From Octopus sinensis (taxonomy: Eukaryota), in the NCBI RefSeq assembly GCF_006345805.1, contig NC_042999.1:109740001-109804000 (forward strand): DNA of 64,000 bases, in the 5' to 3' direction. Under the pieces are notes generated by a model, which saw nothing but the letters and a program-made list of their open reading frames with translations, did not search any database and had not been told where the DNA came from. The position numbers were made by a program, and so were the translations under genes. Shown one piece after another: positions 13,173 through 25,404 of this stretch (positions are counted from its first letter, which is position 1; each line of letters starts with the position of its first letter).

Positions 13173-13362
13173 CAGTAATCTCTCGCCATATCGTGTTTCA
13201 CCTATCATAGATTTTTCTGGCTAATATATGTAAATTTATATTACAGACTCCTCAGAATATCGTGGGTTTCTGTGGCCAATAGGTATTTATATTTTTTTAG
13301 ACTTTAATTATTTCTGTGGGACGTTTTGGAATGTAACACCTGTGTTAGTCAATGAATTACTG
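13173..13362. mobile_element. Tigger/pogo-like MITE remnant
   Basis: CAGTAATCTCTCGCCATATCG...AATTACTG termini within (TA)-rich flanks. Confidence 0.45.
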
Positions 13363-13377
13363 TATATATATATATTT

Positions 13378-13592
13378 CAAAATGTGACTGCATGTGTACT
13401 GTTGGCGATTTTTTTCCTCCTTCTTCCCTTCCTTGGATCTTTCCTTTTCCTATGTTTCTGACGAAGTGCTCCGCTCGAAACGTTAAATCCTCCTTCTTTC
13501 TTTCCTTTCCTGAGCGTCCAATAACACTATACTTGTTCCACGTCCTCGCGTTGTTGTATTTTCTCTTTGTGTTTTCATGTTTGGATTAACTA
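13378..13592 (+). mobile_element. Penelope-like terminal-repeat (pLTR) or retrozyme-like fragment
   Basis: Pyrimidine-rich repeat that carries the hammerhead core, retains CpGs and ends in (TA)n. The Penelope assignment rests on the ribozyme motif and family recall. Confidence 0.5.
13454..13488 (+). ncRNA. Minimal type I hammerhead-ribozyme-like motif in a Penelope-like repeat
   Basis: GTTT-CTGACGA-A-GTGC(TCC)GCTC-GAAA-CGTT-AAAT. It contains both conserved core strings (CUGANGA, GAAA), a stem II with one U-U mismatch, a palindromic AACGTT stem III and a short stem I (GTTT/AAAT). Confidence 0.6.
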
Positions 13593-13604
13593 TATATATA
13601 TATA

Positions 13605-13635
<31 letters not shown>

Positions 13636-14020
13636 ATCTTTAAAACTAGATCTAAATGACATTACATGCTTGCAAATATACTGAACCTTCTTTACCCAGT
13701 GGAAAATGATGGAAATTATTTGCAAAACTCAAAAGACTACCAAATTTTTCTTCTCAACCAATTTTTGCCAGTGGCTGAGAATTTAAAAGTAAACTCTAGA
13801 TTCACTAAGTAGACCAGACAATTGCAACACAGGTATCAACTAAGGTGGAGATTATCATCTGTAACTACTTGCACTATAAACATGTGAATATAAGCATAAC
13901 AGGTTATGGAAGAGTGGTCATGAAAAATGGGATGGCTGATGACCAAACCTGAGAAAAATAAGTATTGTGACAGAGATATGAATAAAGTGGAAAATAATGA
14001 TAATTTAAAGAAATTCAATT

Positions 14021-14438
14021 ACTCCTTTACTCTTTTATTTGTTTCAGTCATTTGACTGTGGCCATGCTGGAGCACTGCCTTTAGTCGAGCAAATCGACCC
14101 CAGGACTTATTTTTTGTAATCCTAGTACTTATTCTATCGGTCTCTTTTGCTGAACCGCTAGGTTACGGGGACGTAAACACACCAGCATCAGTTGTCAAGC
14201 GATGTTGGGGGGACAAACACAGACACACAAACATATACACACACATACATACATAAATATATATACATATATACGACAGGCTTCTTTCAGTTTCCGTCTA
14301 CCAAATCCACTCACAAGGCTTTGGTCGGCCTGATGCTATAGTAGAAGACACTTAGCCAAGGTTCCATGCAGTGGGACTGAACCCGGAACCATGTGGTTCG
14401 GAAGCAAGGTACTTACCACACAGCCACTCCTACACCTA
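14021..14438 (-). mobile_element. tRNA-derived SINE family B, near full length
   Basis: Minus-strand head AGG(T)GTAGGAGTGGCTGTGTGGTAAG...CCGGGTTCAGTCCCACTGC, core ACCTTGG(G)C(A)AGTGTCTTCTACTATAGC, an internal (CA/TA)n tract and a TAAAAGAGTAAAG tail. Confidence 0.9.
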
Positions 14439-15125
14439 ATTGTAGAAATTACCTATGATGACTTAGTACCACTAAACATAAGCATGAAGCACCATTTTAT
14501 GCTAGTCTTACTTCTAAATTGAATATAAGCAATGAAACTAGCTTCTTTTCTGCACGTATTGATGAGCAATACAATATGCTATCATAAATACATCAGGATG
14601 TAAACTGCTATACTTCACAAATAGTTACGGTTTTCTTTCTTTGTAGGACCAACTTTCATAAAAATAATGATATATGTCAGATAACCAATGTAGGTTTTAT
14701 TACAAACAAAATATTCTAATATTTTGAACAGAATTTATTCTAAAAATACTCCAACTGAAAGTAACGGTTATGTACAAAGGATCCATAGGCAATATGTTAA
14801 ATTAGTTGAAATGAATCTTGCAATGACTATGTGTGCATGTCTGCAAATAATATGTCTATTTCATAAAACTAAAATCATCAAACTCTCTGTTTTGCATTGT
14901 TTTTGTTGAACATGTAGAGTGACTCATTTAACATACAGCCTGCAGGATATCTGTGCAAAGATATAAGATTTAGCAATTAATATCATTATAATAATAACAA
15001 TTATTTTCTCTATTTTCGAACAACAGATTGTTTATTCATGATCTTAATACAAGTTTCCACTTTGTCGCCATATCTCATCGGCATAAAGGAAGAAAAAAAA
15101 AAAAAGAAAAAAATTAAATACATAC

Positions 15126-15140
15126 CTAGCAAGATAAAAT
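15126..15140 (-). CDS. Candidate 15-nt microexon (xFILLx)
   Basis: tttttctataatattccctag|ATTTTATCTTGCTAG|gtatgt. Frame-preserving; phase 0 has a stop, phase 1 is open. A chance match cannot be excluded. Confidence 0.25.
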   Translation of the reverse strand: MLSC

Positions 15141-15938
15141 CTAGGGAATATTATAGAAAAATATGTGATACTTCGGATAATTTATTACTTATAGAATTTT
15201 GAATGCATATAAAGATCTATTTTTGTTTCATCTTTTATATGAAGAAAGCATGGATATTTACTGCTAACATTTGGTAGAATCATATTGTACATATAAATAT
15301 GAATGCAGATGCACACATACACACACACACACATTTACCAGAAGACAAAGAATATTACCCAACAATTACTTTAATAATAACAGATATGAGCTGAAAACAT
15401 TTTTGAACATCTCATCATTTTTTTCTTTGTTTCCAACTAAACTATATGTATTTAAGATGAGTCGCTTTCCATCACTAATTGCTAACTGAAATATTTCAAG
15501 TTTAAATTACAAATTCTTTCTTCTTGGTTTCCATCTAGAAAATTCAGAAAATGAGTGTGTTGATACTGGAAAATTTCCTGATCATAATGGTAAATCAGTC
15601 TCCTCCTCTTGGTTACAAAGGAGTTTATTCAGTAAAAGAGGAAACTTACATATTTAAAGCCATTCATGGTTACAGTAGAATTAGTGAAGCGAGGGAGGAT
15701 TAATATAATTACATCATAGCATTTTTTTACCTCTTATAACATTTTGTCTATATATTTCAGTACTAAATGGATTAGTTAACTCTACAAATTCACAAATGTA
15801 TTTGAATTGTAGTGGTATATTGTTTTAAATAAGAAGGCCTCCCTGATAAATATGCATGTAGTGATATCTATTTACAATATATATACGAGGCCTACTCTTA
15901 TATACATATATATATGCATATTAACCATTTATTTAAGC

Positions 15939-16160
15939 CAATGGTTCTCAAACAGGGTCCATTTAAGATTTTGCATTTAAAATTTATCTGCAATAAATTG
16001 GTTATAGTTCTACAATACACAAAATATTTTAACAATTTTTTTCATAAAATTCCTAATAATACTTAATTATCAAAATAGGACATTGAATTGCTATGAGGAT
16101 CCATCTGAATAAAACAGGAATCAAAGAGGTCCATAAGTAAAATATGGTTGAGAAATACCC
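15939..16160. mobile_element. hAT MITE, same family as 58007-58515, opposite orientation and without the SINE
   Basis: Starts CAATGGTTCTCAA, ends TTGAGAAATACCC. The interior aligns to the reverse complement of the 58-kb copy. Flanks ATTTAAGC and ATTTAAAT match at 6/8. Confidence 0.7.
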
Positions 16161-16399
16161 ATTTAAATGGAACATCTTATTGAAATATCAAAAGAATTAT
16201 ACACCCAAACATACATATATGCATATGTGTGCATTAATACAAAAAGCCTTCTGGTTGCACAAACAGAGGCATGAATATTAGTTAAGAAGTTTTTTTTATA
16301 GTCATGTGGCTCCAGGTTCAGTCCTATTTCATGGTATCGTGAGCAAATATCTTCTAATATATTTCCAAGTCAAAATGCCTTGTGAGTGAATTCAGCTGC

Positions 16400-17170
16400 A
16401 GAAAACTTTGTGAAAGACTATTGTCATCATTGTCATCAATGCCCACTCCCTCTACCTGTGCCCACTCTCTACATTCCCCTCCTCTCCATCTTCCACTCAC
16501 CTTTTGTAATCTGATGAACTTATCCACCTATTCACTCTGTCTAACCACTTCACTGTATACACTACCCTGCAACTTGGGTTTTTGCCACGTTATTTCTCAT
16601 CCCCCCTCACTCTCCCAGCAAATGAGGTAGCCATGTATCTCTTCTACTGCAAGACACCCATTTCTGTCCCTCTATTCATACTCTAACTTCTGAATACCTG
16701 GTACAAAGTCATGTCCCTTAATACTACTCATCCATCAGTTGAGGGGTCTTGTTTTACAAGCCAGTTGGTGACCTCACTTATGCTGGTGCCATGTAGAAAG
16801 CATCCAGTACATTCTGTAAAATGGTTGGCATTAAGAAGGGCATCCAGGCATAGACAGTAGGAATTGGCAGTCTTCTGAGTTGCCAGCTCCTGTCAACTGT
16901 TCAACCCATACCACATTAAATGATTACGACATCGACGACGACGATGATAATGATGATGGTGATGTTTTAATATCCACTCTTCCATTCTTGCATGGTTCAT
17001 ATAGAATTCATTGAAGTAGATTTTCTATGGTTGGATGTTCTTCTAGTCACCAACCCTCACCTCTTTCCAAACAAGATAAGGATTTCCTTCATGACCAGAC
17101 ATGTTTCCGAGAAAGAATGGAAAGGAAAGACACTGCATGTATGACAATGATGCTTCATTACAACTACAGA
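16400..17170. mobile_element. Two RTE-tailed elements joined tail-to-tail (16400-16945 +, 16965-17170 -)
   Basis: Both converge on a shared (GAC/GAT)n tract at about 16925-16965. Confidence 0.55.
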
Positions 17171-19074
17171 CACAAACACACACATTCATGTGTGCATGCA
17201 CGTGCACACACACACACACACACACACACACCACACACACAACAGGCTTCTTCAGTTTCTGCCTTTCAGATCAACTCAGAAAGCTTTACTCAACTCTGGA
17301 AGACACTAGCCTAAGAGGCAACACACTGGGACTGAACCTGAACCCATGTGGTTGGGAAGCAAACTTCTTAGCCAATAGCCATACCTACAACTACATGTGT
17401 GTGTTTTTATGTGTGTGTGTGTGGGTGTGTGGGTGGGTGGGGGTGCACTGTGCTTGTATTTGTGTGTATGTTATGAGTGTGTGTCTTTGTATTTGTCTCT
17501 CACTGCTTGACACTTGATGTTGCCTTGCATCCCTGTAATGTAACAGTCCCGTAAAAAACAGAAAGAATAAGTCCCAGACATATAATAAAGCCTAAGCACA
17601 ATTGAATCCCTTCAAGGTAGTAATCTCAGCTTGGTTACAGTTAAAAAATGTAAGTTGGTTCATGTAACCAGGTTCATATTATCAAGTATTAAATAATTTA
17701 CTCATCAAAGGCTAATACCCTGAATTCAATTTTCTACAGGATACCAGTCTTCCATAGGTTCATAACATCTTTGAGGAAGGGTGTATGTGCCATTAAAAAA
17801 TAAATCTCAAATCCCTTTTTCCTTATGGCCAACTCTGTTACTCATTCTTGAGTATCAGCAATATATTGTAGTAGCAACATGACTAACTATAACTCTCTAC
17901 ACATTGCAGAAAGCATATTGCACATGATTAAGAGAAAAACTTCATTTTGTTTTTGTTTTTTTTGTTCATTGTATCTGCTACAAGATAAAAGAGATAACAA
18001 TGGAGATTCAAGTTGATACCCGGGTGTTATAATGATGAAAACAACATTAAATCCAAACTGTTTTAAAAGTGTACTAAGAAAATAAAATTATGATCAAGGC
18101 TTTCTGAAATTAAACAATGTGATCAACAGATTCATACCATTTATTGAGAAAACATTTTGATTTTCATGTGCTGACAATGAAAAACAGGTTTCCTCTAGGG
18201 CTATGAAAGATGTTGCAATGAAAGTTTTGATGTTTCAGTAAATTAATTAAGCTGTCAAATTAAAGAAGAAACCATTTAAAACTAGGTAATTATAAAATTA
18301 CTATGTTATGCAAGCTCAAAAAACATGTAATGTTTCTACATGAAAGGGATAGCTAGGGTGGGAAGGGATCTAGCTACTGAATGTTTGTTAAGTTTTGAAA
18401 TGTAGATGAAAAGCAGTATGCTAACAAAAGGGTTTGGGAAGCAGATAAAAGTCATCTGATTTAAGAGAATCAAATAAATTGCATGTAGAATATAACTTAA
18501 TAATCTGATGGCATGGTGTTTACATTTTTAGTAATGCAGAAGAAATTCCATCTCCCTTATATAATAAAAACTGGTACATTTTTTCAGGAAAAATGCCAAA
18601 ATGATCAAGCAAAGAGTAGAAAAGTTAAAATACTGATTTGACACTGTCATCATCATCATTGTCTAAACTTCTGCTTCTTTAAATCATCATATATATATAT
18701 GTGTGTGTGTATGTGTGTGTCTTAATACTGAAATACTTAGAAATGAGTGCTAGAGTTATAAATTACTGATAAAAAAAGAAAAGAAAGAAAATAAATTTCC
18801 CTATGTTTATTCATATATGAAGGGGTATCCTGTAAGAGAGCAGATCCAAACATTATTCAAAATGACGGCACTAGCTGTAAGGAGAGTTATCTCCACGGTG
18901 GAGGCAATCTCCTGGAATTCCGTTTCCAAAAAAATTAATTTAACAAATAAAAATCTGTACAGAAAAATAGAATTGTGGAAGTAGATATGAAAAAAGGAAA
19001 AGATAAAGTGATACAAAAGATGAGGTACTAGATGTCAGAAGAGAACAGCGTATTGTTCCCTCTGACAATATGTA

Positions 19075-19122
19075 TTGACGCATGTCGGTGAATAGAAATT
19101 GTGCACTTCAAGATGGCTGCCA
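19075..19122 (+). promoter_or_regulatory. Possible regulatory element: CRE-like TGACGCA and YY1-like CAAGATGGCTGCC
   Basis: Motif matches within a non-repetitive, CpG-retaining island (about 18830-19130). No transcript evidence. Confidence 0.2.
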
Positions 19123-20043
19123 AGATTTCAACAGAATCAAACAAAATATTGAGAATAATATATTGGAATAAACAACCACAACAACAACTGTATTGTTGTT
19201 AATGAAAAAAATTGAAACTAATTTTGAGGTGTTTATAGCAGCTATATTTCATTTAATCCACAGTTTACAAACACACACACACAAATAGACACAACCTGGT
19301 CGCATGTATGTTATTTCAAGGGACATCAATCTCTTGATATTAAAAGAATCAATACAATGTCTGAGAGATAACTCACTCTACATTCCAAGTTCAAATCCCA
19401 GAAGGGTTGACTTTGCCTTTCCTCCATCCAGGGTTGATAAGCTGTGTTTAGGAAATTAACTTCACAACCATGTAGGCTTAGATTTGATCTCACTGCATGA
19501 TACATTGAGCATACATCTTCTGCCATACACAGATTGACCAATAACTTATAAATAGAATATAATAGATGGAAATTCTGTGGAAGAGCTCATTGAATATGTG
19601 TGTGTGCATATCTTTTACTAATGAATATTGGTGAAGGATTAAAGCAACACCAAATGAACTAAAATCTAGTGCTTCGTAAACTAAGTTGCTTGGAGACATT
19701 TGATTACTACCAAGTTGAGGCACACCTAGCCTTAGGATGCAGTGAACAAATGATTAGGTGATTGGAAACTTGTGACCAATGACATGATGGTTCACCAATT
19801 GCAGTATAAATAAAACTGGAGATTGGGTTGAAATTATATGACTATACTTTACCTGCCATATCCAGAACTGTCAACTTGTTTACATTACATTACACACACA
19901 CAAACACACGGGTAATTGGAAAATACAGACCAATTTCCTCATGCAAAACATGTAAAAATTGATTGAAAACACACACACATATGCACGAATGCACACACAG
20001 AATAATAATGATAATGATGATGATGATGATGATGATGATAGTC

Positions 20044-20088
<45 letters not shown>

Positions 20089-20474
20089 TCTTAAATCTAA
20101 AGTTTAGAAAATTAAATAAATAACTTTAATTTGAGAAAGAGAGAGGGAGAGAGAGATGAGAGAGGAAGAGTAGGAGAGGGAGGGAGAGAGGGTGAGGGTG
20201 AGGGAGAGAGAGAGAGTCAACAGGCTAATAAATCATGCACATGTTGATACTATAAAACATATCAAGTTCCAAAAATCATGTAGATTGTTTGAACACGGAT
20301 CTTTATTCAATCTGTCATAAACACAGGTAAAGAGTAAAAGTGTTTGTTTTGCATTTTTTTAATGCTAAAATAAAAAATGCCTCTAGCTAGTCAAGGTTAA
20401 TTTATAAATGCCACTTATTTTAGCATCAACACACCTAACAGAACTGACAGAGTTGAAATATCATCCACACATAA

Positions 20475-20513
<39 letters not shown>

Positions 20514-20514
<1 letters not shown>

Positions 20515-20692
20515 GGCACTCCGTCAGTTACAATGATGAGGATTCCAATTGATCTGATCAATGGAAGAGCCTGCTTATGAAATTAATGTGCAAGTGGCTG
20601 GTCACTCCACAGACGTGTGTACATGACACAGATTGTGACAAGGCTGGCCCTTGAAATACAGGTACTACTCATTTTTTGCCAGCTGAGTGGAC
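20514..20692 (-). mobile_element. 3' fragment of a SINE related to family C
   Basis: Shares CTCATT...GCCAGCTGAGTGGACT with the 58142-58421 element. Confidence 0.55.
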
Positions 20693-20693
20693 T

Positions 20694-20695
<2 letters not shown>

Positions 20696-20736
<41 letters not shown>

Positions 20737-20743
20737 AATATAT

Positions 20744-20824
<81 letters not shown>

Positions 20825-20850
20825 GTGTGTGTGTGTGTGTGTGTGTATAC
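20696..20850. repeat. (TA)n/(TG)n microsatellite (similar tracts at about 8775-8960, 21840-22095 and 33700-33761)
   Basis: Direct inspection. Confidence 0.95.
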
Positions 20851-21122
20851 AAAAATGGATATATATATATATTAACAATATTAATAATAAGGATTCCTTA
20901 CAAAGTTGCATATAATTACCTTTAATCTTTTAATTTATATACTGCCTTTCATGTGTGTGTATATATATTCCTCTAATTAATTACAAGAACTTTATTGGAT
21001 TTATATATTAAATGCTGAATAACATATTTAGAATACCTAAGTGAGAGCAAGACAGCAATCGTTTCGGGGTAATCCCTTACACAAAGAAATGAAAAAAGCA
21101 AATAAAGAAGGTCACTAAATCA

Positions 21123-21347
21123 TCATCAGTTATCGGCCAGAGGGTCAAAAGCAATTTCACACTTTCAACAATAATATTGATCACCTCTGGTGCCACCGAT
21201 AGTAAGAAGTTGCCAGGAAATGGTGAGCCAATGAGCAAGGGACCAAACATTTCTAAGCAGCTTCATGCTGCTGGTGCCACCAGAGGAGAGTAATATTATC
21301 ATTGAAGATGTGAAATTGCATTTGACCCTCTTGCCAATAAGTGATGA
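21123..21347. repeat. Foldback/MITE-like inverted repeat (about 75-bp arms, 75-bp spacer)
   Basis: 21123-21197 is an imperfect reverse complement of 21273-21347. Confidence 0.8.
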
Positions 21348-23898
21348 GGATTCGGTGTCTGTTTACCATTTGTGCATTTATTATATCCTTTTTTAACTTA
21401 TTATTTAATGGAATTCCACATACGCTTATTTTTTTAACAGTAAGTGTTTATATGTATATATATTTGTGTGTGTGTGTACAAATTAGCTATTAGTGATAGA
21501 AGCAGCCTTTATAATGAATATTAACTTACACATCCAAATTAACTTGGATGCTTTGTTAAGAAAGCCACAGACTGTGGTAATTGTCCAGAGAAACCATCTC
21601 ATAAAGATATTTTAGGTACTAAAATGCATAAATTATATTGGTCAACAAAATTTTTATCAGCAATGACAGATGGGAATGTTGTATTATGTGATTTTATCAC
21701 AAATTGCAAATCATCATCAACAAGTACCCAAATACCAATTGCCAGGTTGAAAGTAAGACTGATGTAGTTTAATGTTAAACAGTCAGTGATGTCTATGATG
21801 TTATTAACAACACATCCAAGTTAAGCTGGAAGTAAAAATTAATATGTGTGTATGAGTGTATACGCACATACATATATGTATATGTGTGTGTATATATGTG
21901 TATGTTTATATATATATGCATAGTTGCATACATATAGGGATGTATAACACATACACACCATAATATATATACACCCATATATCTTTGGACTTATATATAT
22001 ATATATATATACATACACACATGTGTATACACACATATATATTTATACATACACACACATGTATATATGTGTGTGTGTGTGTGCATGTGTGTATAAACCA
22101 ATGTTAAAAGTGTAAATTAATGTTTTATGTATATAAAAAAAAGTATAAATTAAATATATTTAACAACTTAATGAGAAGGAAAAAAAAAATTTTCTTAATA
22201 GAGATACATATCATTTCTGCATATTTTTTCTTCACCTTTTTCCTTTTAGACTTTTGGGGTACATGATAAATGTAAAGGTGTGTAAGCGTTTCTGAAAGCA
22301 TGTATGCATTTGTTCAATGATTAATTAATGAACAATAGAATTTCTTATTTATATAAAAACAGATATGTAGATTAATATCCATGCTGGCCATCAAAATAAA
22401 TAAATAAATGAAATAAAAGAAAATATCAACAATCTATGAGGTTTGCATTCTATTTTCATTGTTCAACATAAACAGCAAGAATTGATATCGGCGAAAAGAA
22501 AAATATCTAGAACTCATAATAGTCATGATGATGATGATGATGACTTTTTTTTTTCACTAGACCACAGGATAGAAAAAGAAGAAAAAAAAAGAAGAAAATA
22601 GACAATTACTAATCATAATAAAATTGCCTATAGCAGAAACCCAATGATAAATAAGCTGAACATGGCAATGAGAATTGAGGAAGTATCTACTAGCATTTAG
22701 AAAGCATGTGCATTAACTTGAAAGTGCTGCTAATTACAAAAAGGATAATTAGCAATTTGAAATACTTTGAAAATTACAGCTTTTCACATTCTAGCTCCAT
22801 AATATCTGTGTAGGTGTGTTTGGAAACAGATAATAGATATTAGTAGAAAACTATGAAGGAGAGGAGGCTGGAATTTTCATTATAACATATATAGATGTAT
22901 GAGCTTCAGAAACTATTGGGAGAGGAGAGGGGTGGAGTATATTTGTGTTTCTATGTATATAATTTGCGTATATATAAGTGTATGTGTTATGGAAATTAAT
23001 CATTGCAATAATTCTTCTGCTAATTTGGATGGAATTAAAAATAATGTGTGTGGATTATATTTTAATCATAACTGCAGTGAAAGGAATACATCATTGCTTT
23101 TGTTGCCCAATGACCTTTTTTTATGCACCAACACATTCATTTCTACAGATCCATTGAAACCTATATGCATATGTAGATGCATATTTCAGTTGAGGGGATA
23201 TACCTGGGTTAAGTGAAAGAGTCTGTATTCCTTTTAGCACATGCAGTTTATTAAAAGATAGAAATTAAAAAGAAAAACTATCTAACCCAACAACGATGTG
23301 AAACTAGCTGGTGGCAATATATCTTATCCAAGAAGCTTATAAATTTGCATTTTGCTGTAATTCCTTGAGCAATAATCCTCTTAGCCACTCTTCAACAATG
23401 ATGTCTTTGCAAGTAGCATTCTTGCAGATAAAGTCACCACATTTGCTGCCCATTTTGCTTTCAACCCTGCAATATACACACGCAACACAATTTATTCCAA
23501 ACCCTGAGACTCCACACTTTGTATTTTGCCAATATGTCTATACCTCTGCTAAATGTGAAAACTCCTAAATACAGTAACTGAAGTGTTTCACAATCCCTAC
23601 CACTGTGTGCATAATCAATCCCATATATAGATCTAAAACACAGCTACAGAATCAATTAAAAATACACTACTTCTCTCACTCTCAAACACTCAGTCTGGTT
23701 ACACATCACTGATGATATATACAGAAGACTGGTAGCTGTCATGCCCTGAGCCTAGTTTGCTCTTCAGAGTAAAGATGGTAACATGCTTTTCTAAAGTCTC
23801 TTGGGGCATTCTACGAACAGGGCACATATACTTTATTTTGGCAGGGTTTAGTAACCTAGAAACACTTCCAACTCAAATGAAATAGCAAAGATACTTAC

Positions 23899-23946
23899 TA
23901 TAGTCTGTTGACATGTGATGATTGCTGTTTTTCCATTTGTAGACAT
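23899..23946 (-). CDS. Candidate coding exon (48 nt); phase-1 reading xVYKWKNSNHHMSTDY
   Basis: Very strong acceptor (tctcttctcttctctttacag) and consensus donor (ATA|gtaagtat). Length is divisible by 3 and all frames are open. Confidence 0.55.
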
Positions 23947-24544
23947 CTGTAAAGAGAAGAGAAGAGACTTATCAATAAAAGAATTTCATTTAACCCACAA
24001 TAGCTCTTCAGATTTGGATTAATTCGGTCTAAGAGTAAGTTATCATTGAATAATTGCTGGATCCTCTGCCTTAGTCAATAAAAACAGAGTAGAAAGAAAT
24101 TAAGTAGAGATCATCAAAACATAACTGCTGAAAGGAAAGAGAGAGAGAGAAAAGGCAGGGGAGAGGGGAAAGTGCTAGAATGAAGTGAAGTGTAAGGAAC
24201 TAATAAAAATGATTTAAAGCCCATAAAACAGAAGTGGAGAGTTAAGTAGATAAGAGCCACATACTCTGAAGGACTTTCAGTTTCTAAGTTAGCAGGAAGC
24301 TAAATCTTATTTTACATATTTTTCTCTGGCTCCCTGACTTAACACTTCATACACACACACACACACACACACACAAGCACTCTTACAGCCTGATGATGGT
24401 AAGCAAGCCAAAGCTTCAAAATCACTATCAACCTCTTCCATGAAAAAGTTTAGTAATGTACTCTACATAATAGTATTGAGTAATTTTCCAGTTTAATGAC
24501 AAATTGTTTTTGATATATAACTTGACATAAAAACAAAAGGTAAC

Positions 24545-24632
<88 letters not shown>

Positions 24633-24653
24633 ATCTATCTATCTATCTATCTA

Positions 24654-24688
<35 letters not shown>
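24545..24688. repeat. Compound microsatellite (GTCT)n(GCCT)n(ATCT)n(AT)n
   Basis: Direct inspection. Confidence 0.95.
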
Positions 24689-24692
<4 letters not shown>

Positions 24693-24939
24693 AGGGACAG
24701 AAGTCACAAAAAAAAAAAGACGACATGGGATTAAAAATTTATTACAGCTATTTCAGTAGAAATTTATTGATGTTTTCATAGATTACATCATACTATAAAT
24801 ACACCATCTTCAGGTTAAATTTTAAACAGGTATAAAAAAGCAAGGTAAAACTCTGATGATGACCTATCCAACAACCAGTATGATGAATAAGTATACACAC
24901 ACACACACGCACATATAATTGAATTTTATTGTATTAAAA

Positions 24940-25197
24940 ATATTACCATCTTTAGTGACTGTGTGAAGTGCAATGCTGGTAAGTGTAGGTATATGGCACA
25001 AGTCACGGAGGACTCCTTGCAATACACCCTACATTTTTTGCCAGTGCATGCGTGCATGTGTGAGTTGTCTAAGAGGCCATAAGTCAAGGAGAATATGCAC
25101 TCATATAATCCAAATTTTATAGAGTGTATTGCAAGAGGTCCTCTAAGACTTGTGCCATATAGCTTTGTGCTTTACAGTCACCAAAGGTTGTAATATC
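24940..25197. repeat. Foldback/MITE-like inverted repeat
   Basis: Core arms 24991-25032 and 25120-25160, extending outward (with a gap) to about 24940 and 25197. Confidence 0.75.
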
Positions 25198-25345
25198 ATT
25201 AATACTATAAAATTCAGATAATATATCCACCCTACAACAGTAATATGAGACCATCTTCTCCCTGACTTAGGATTTCTTAGATGACTCATGTGTATATATA
25301 TATATTATATATATATATACATTTACATATATGTATGTATGTATG

Positions 25346-25381
<36 letters not shown>

Positions 25382-25404
25382 CATATATGTACACACTTGT
25401 ATAC

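Noticed and set aside
23300-23477. Possible minus-strand exon after gtgtatattgcag
   Set aside because: Weak polypyrimidine tract, stops in all frames within about 130 nt and no donor; it could only be a terminal exon and nothing supports that.
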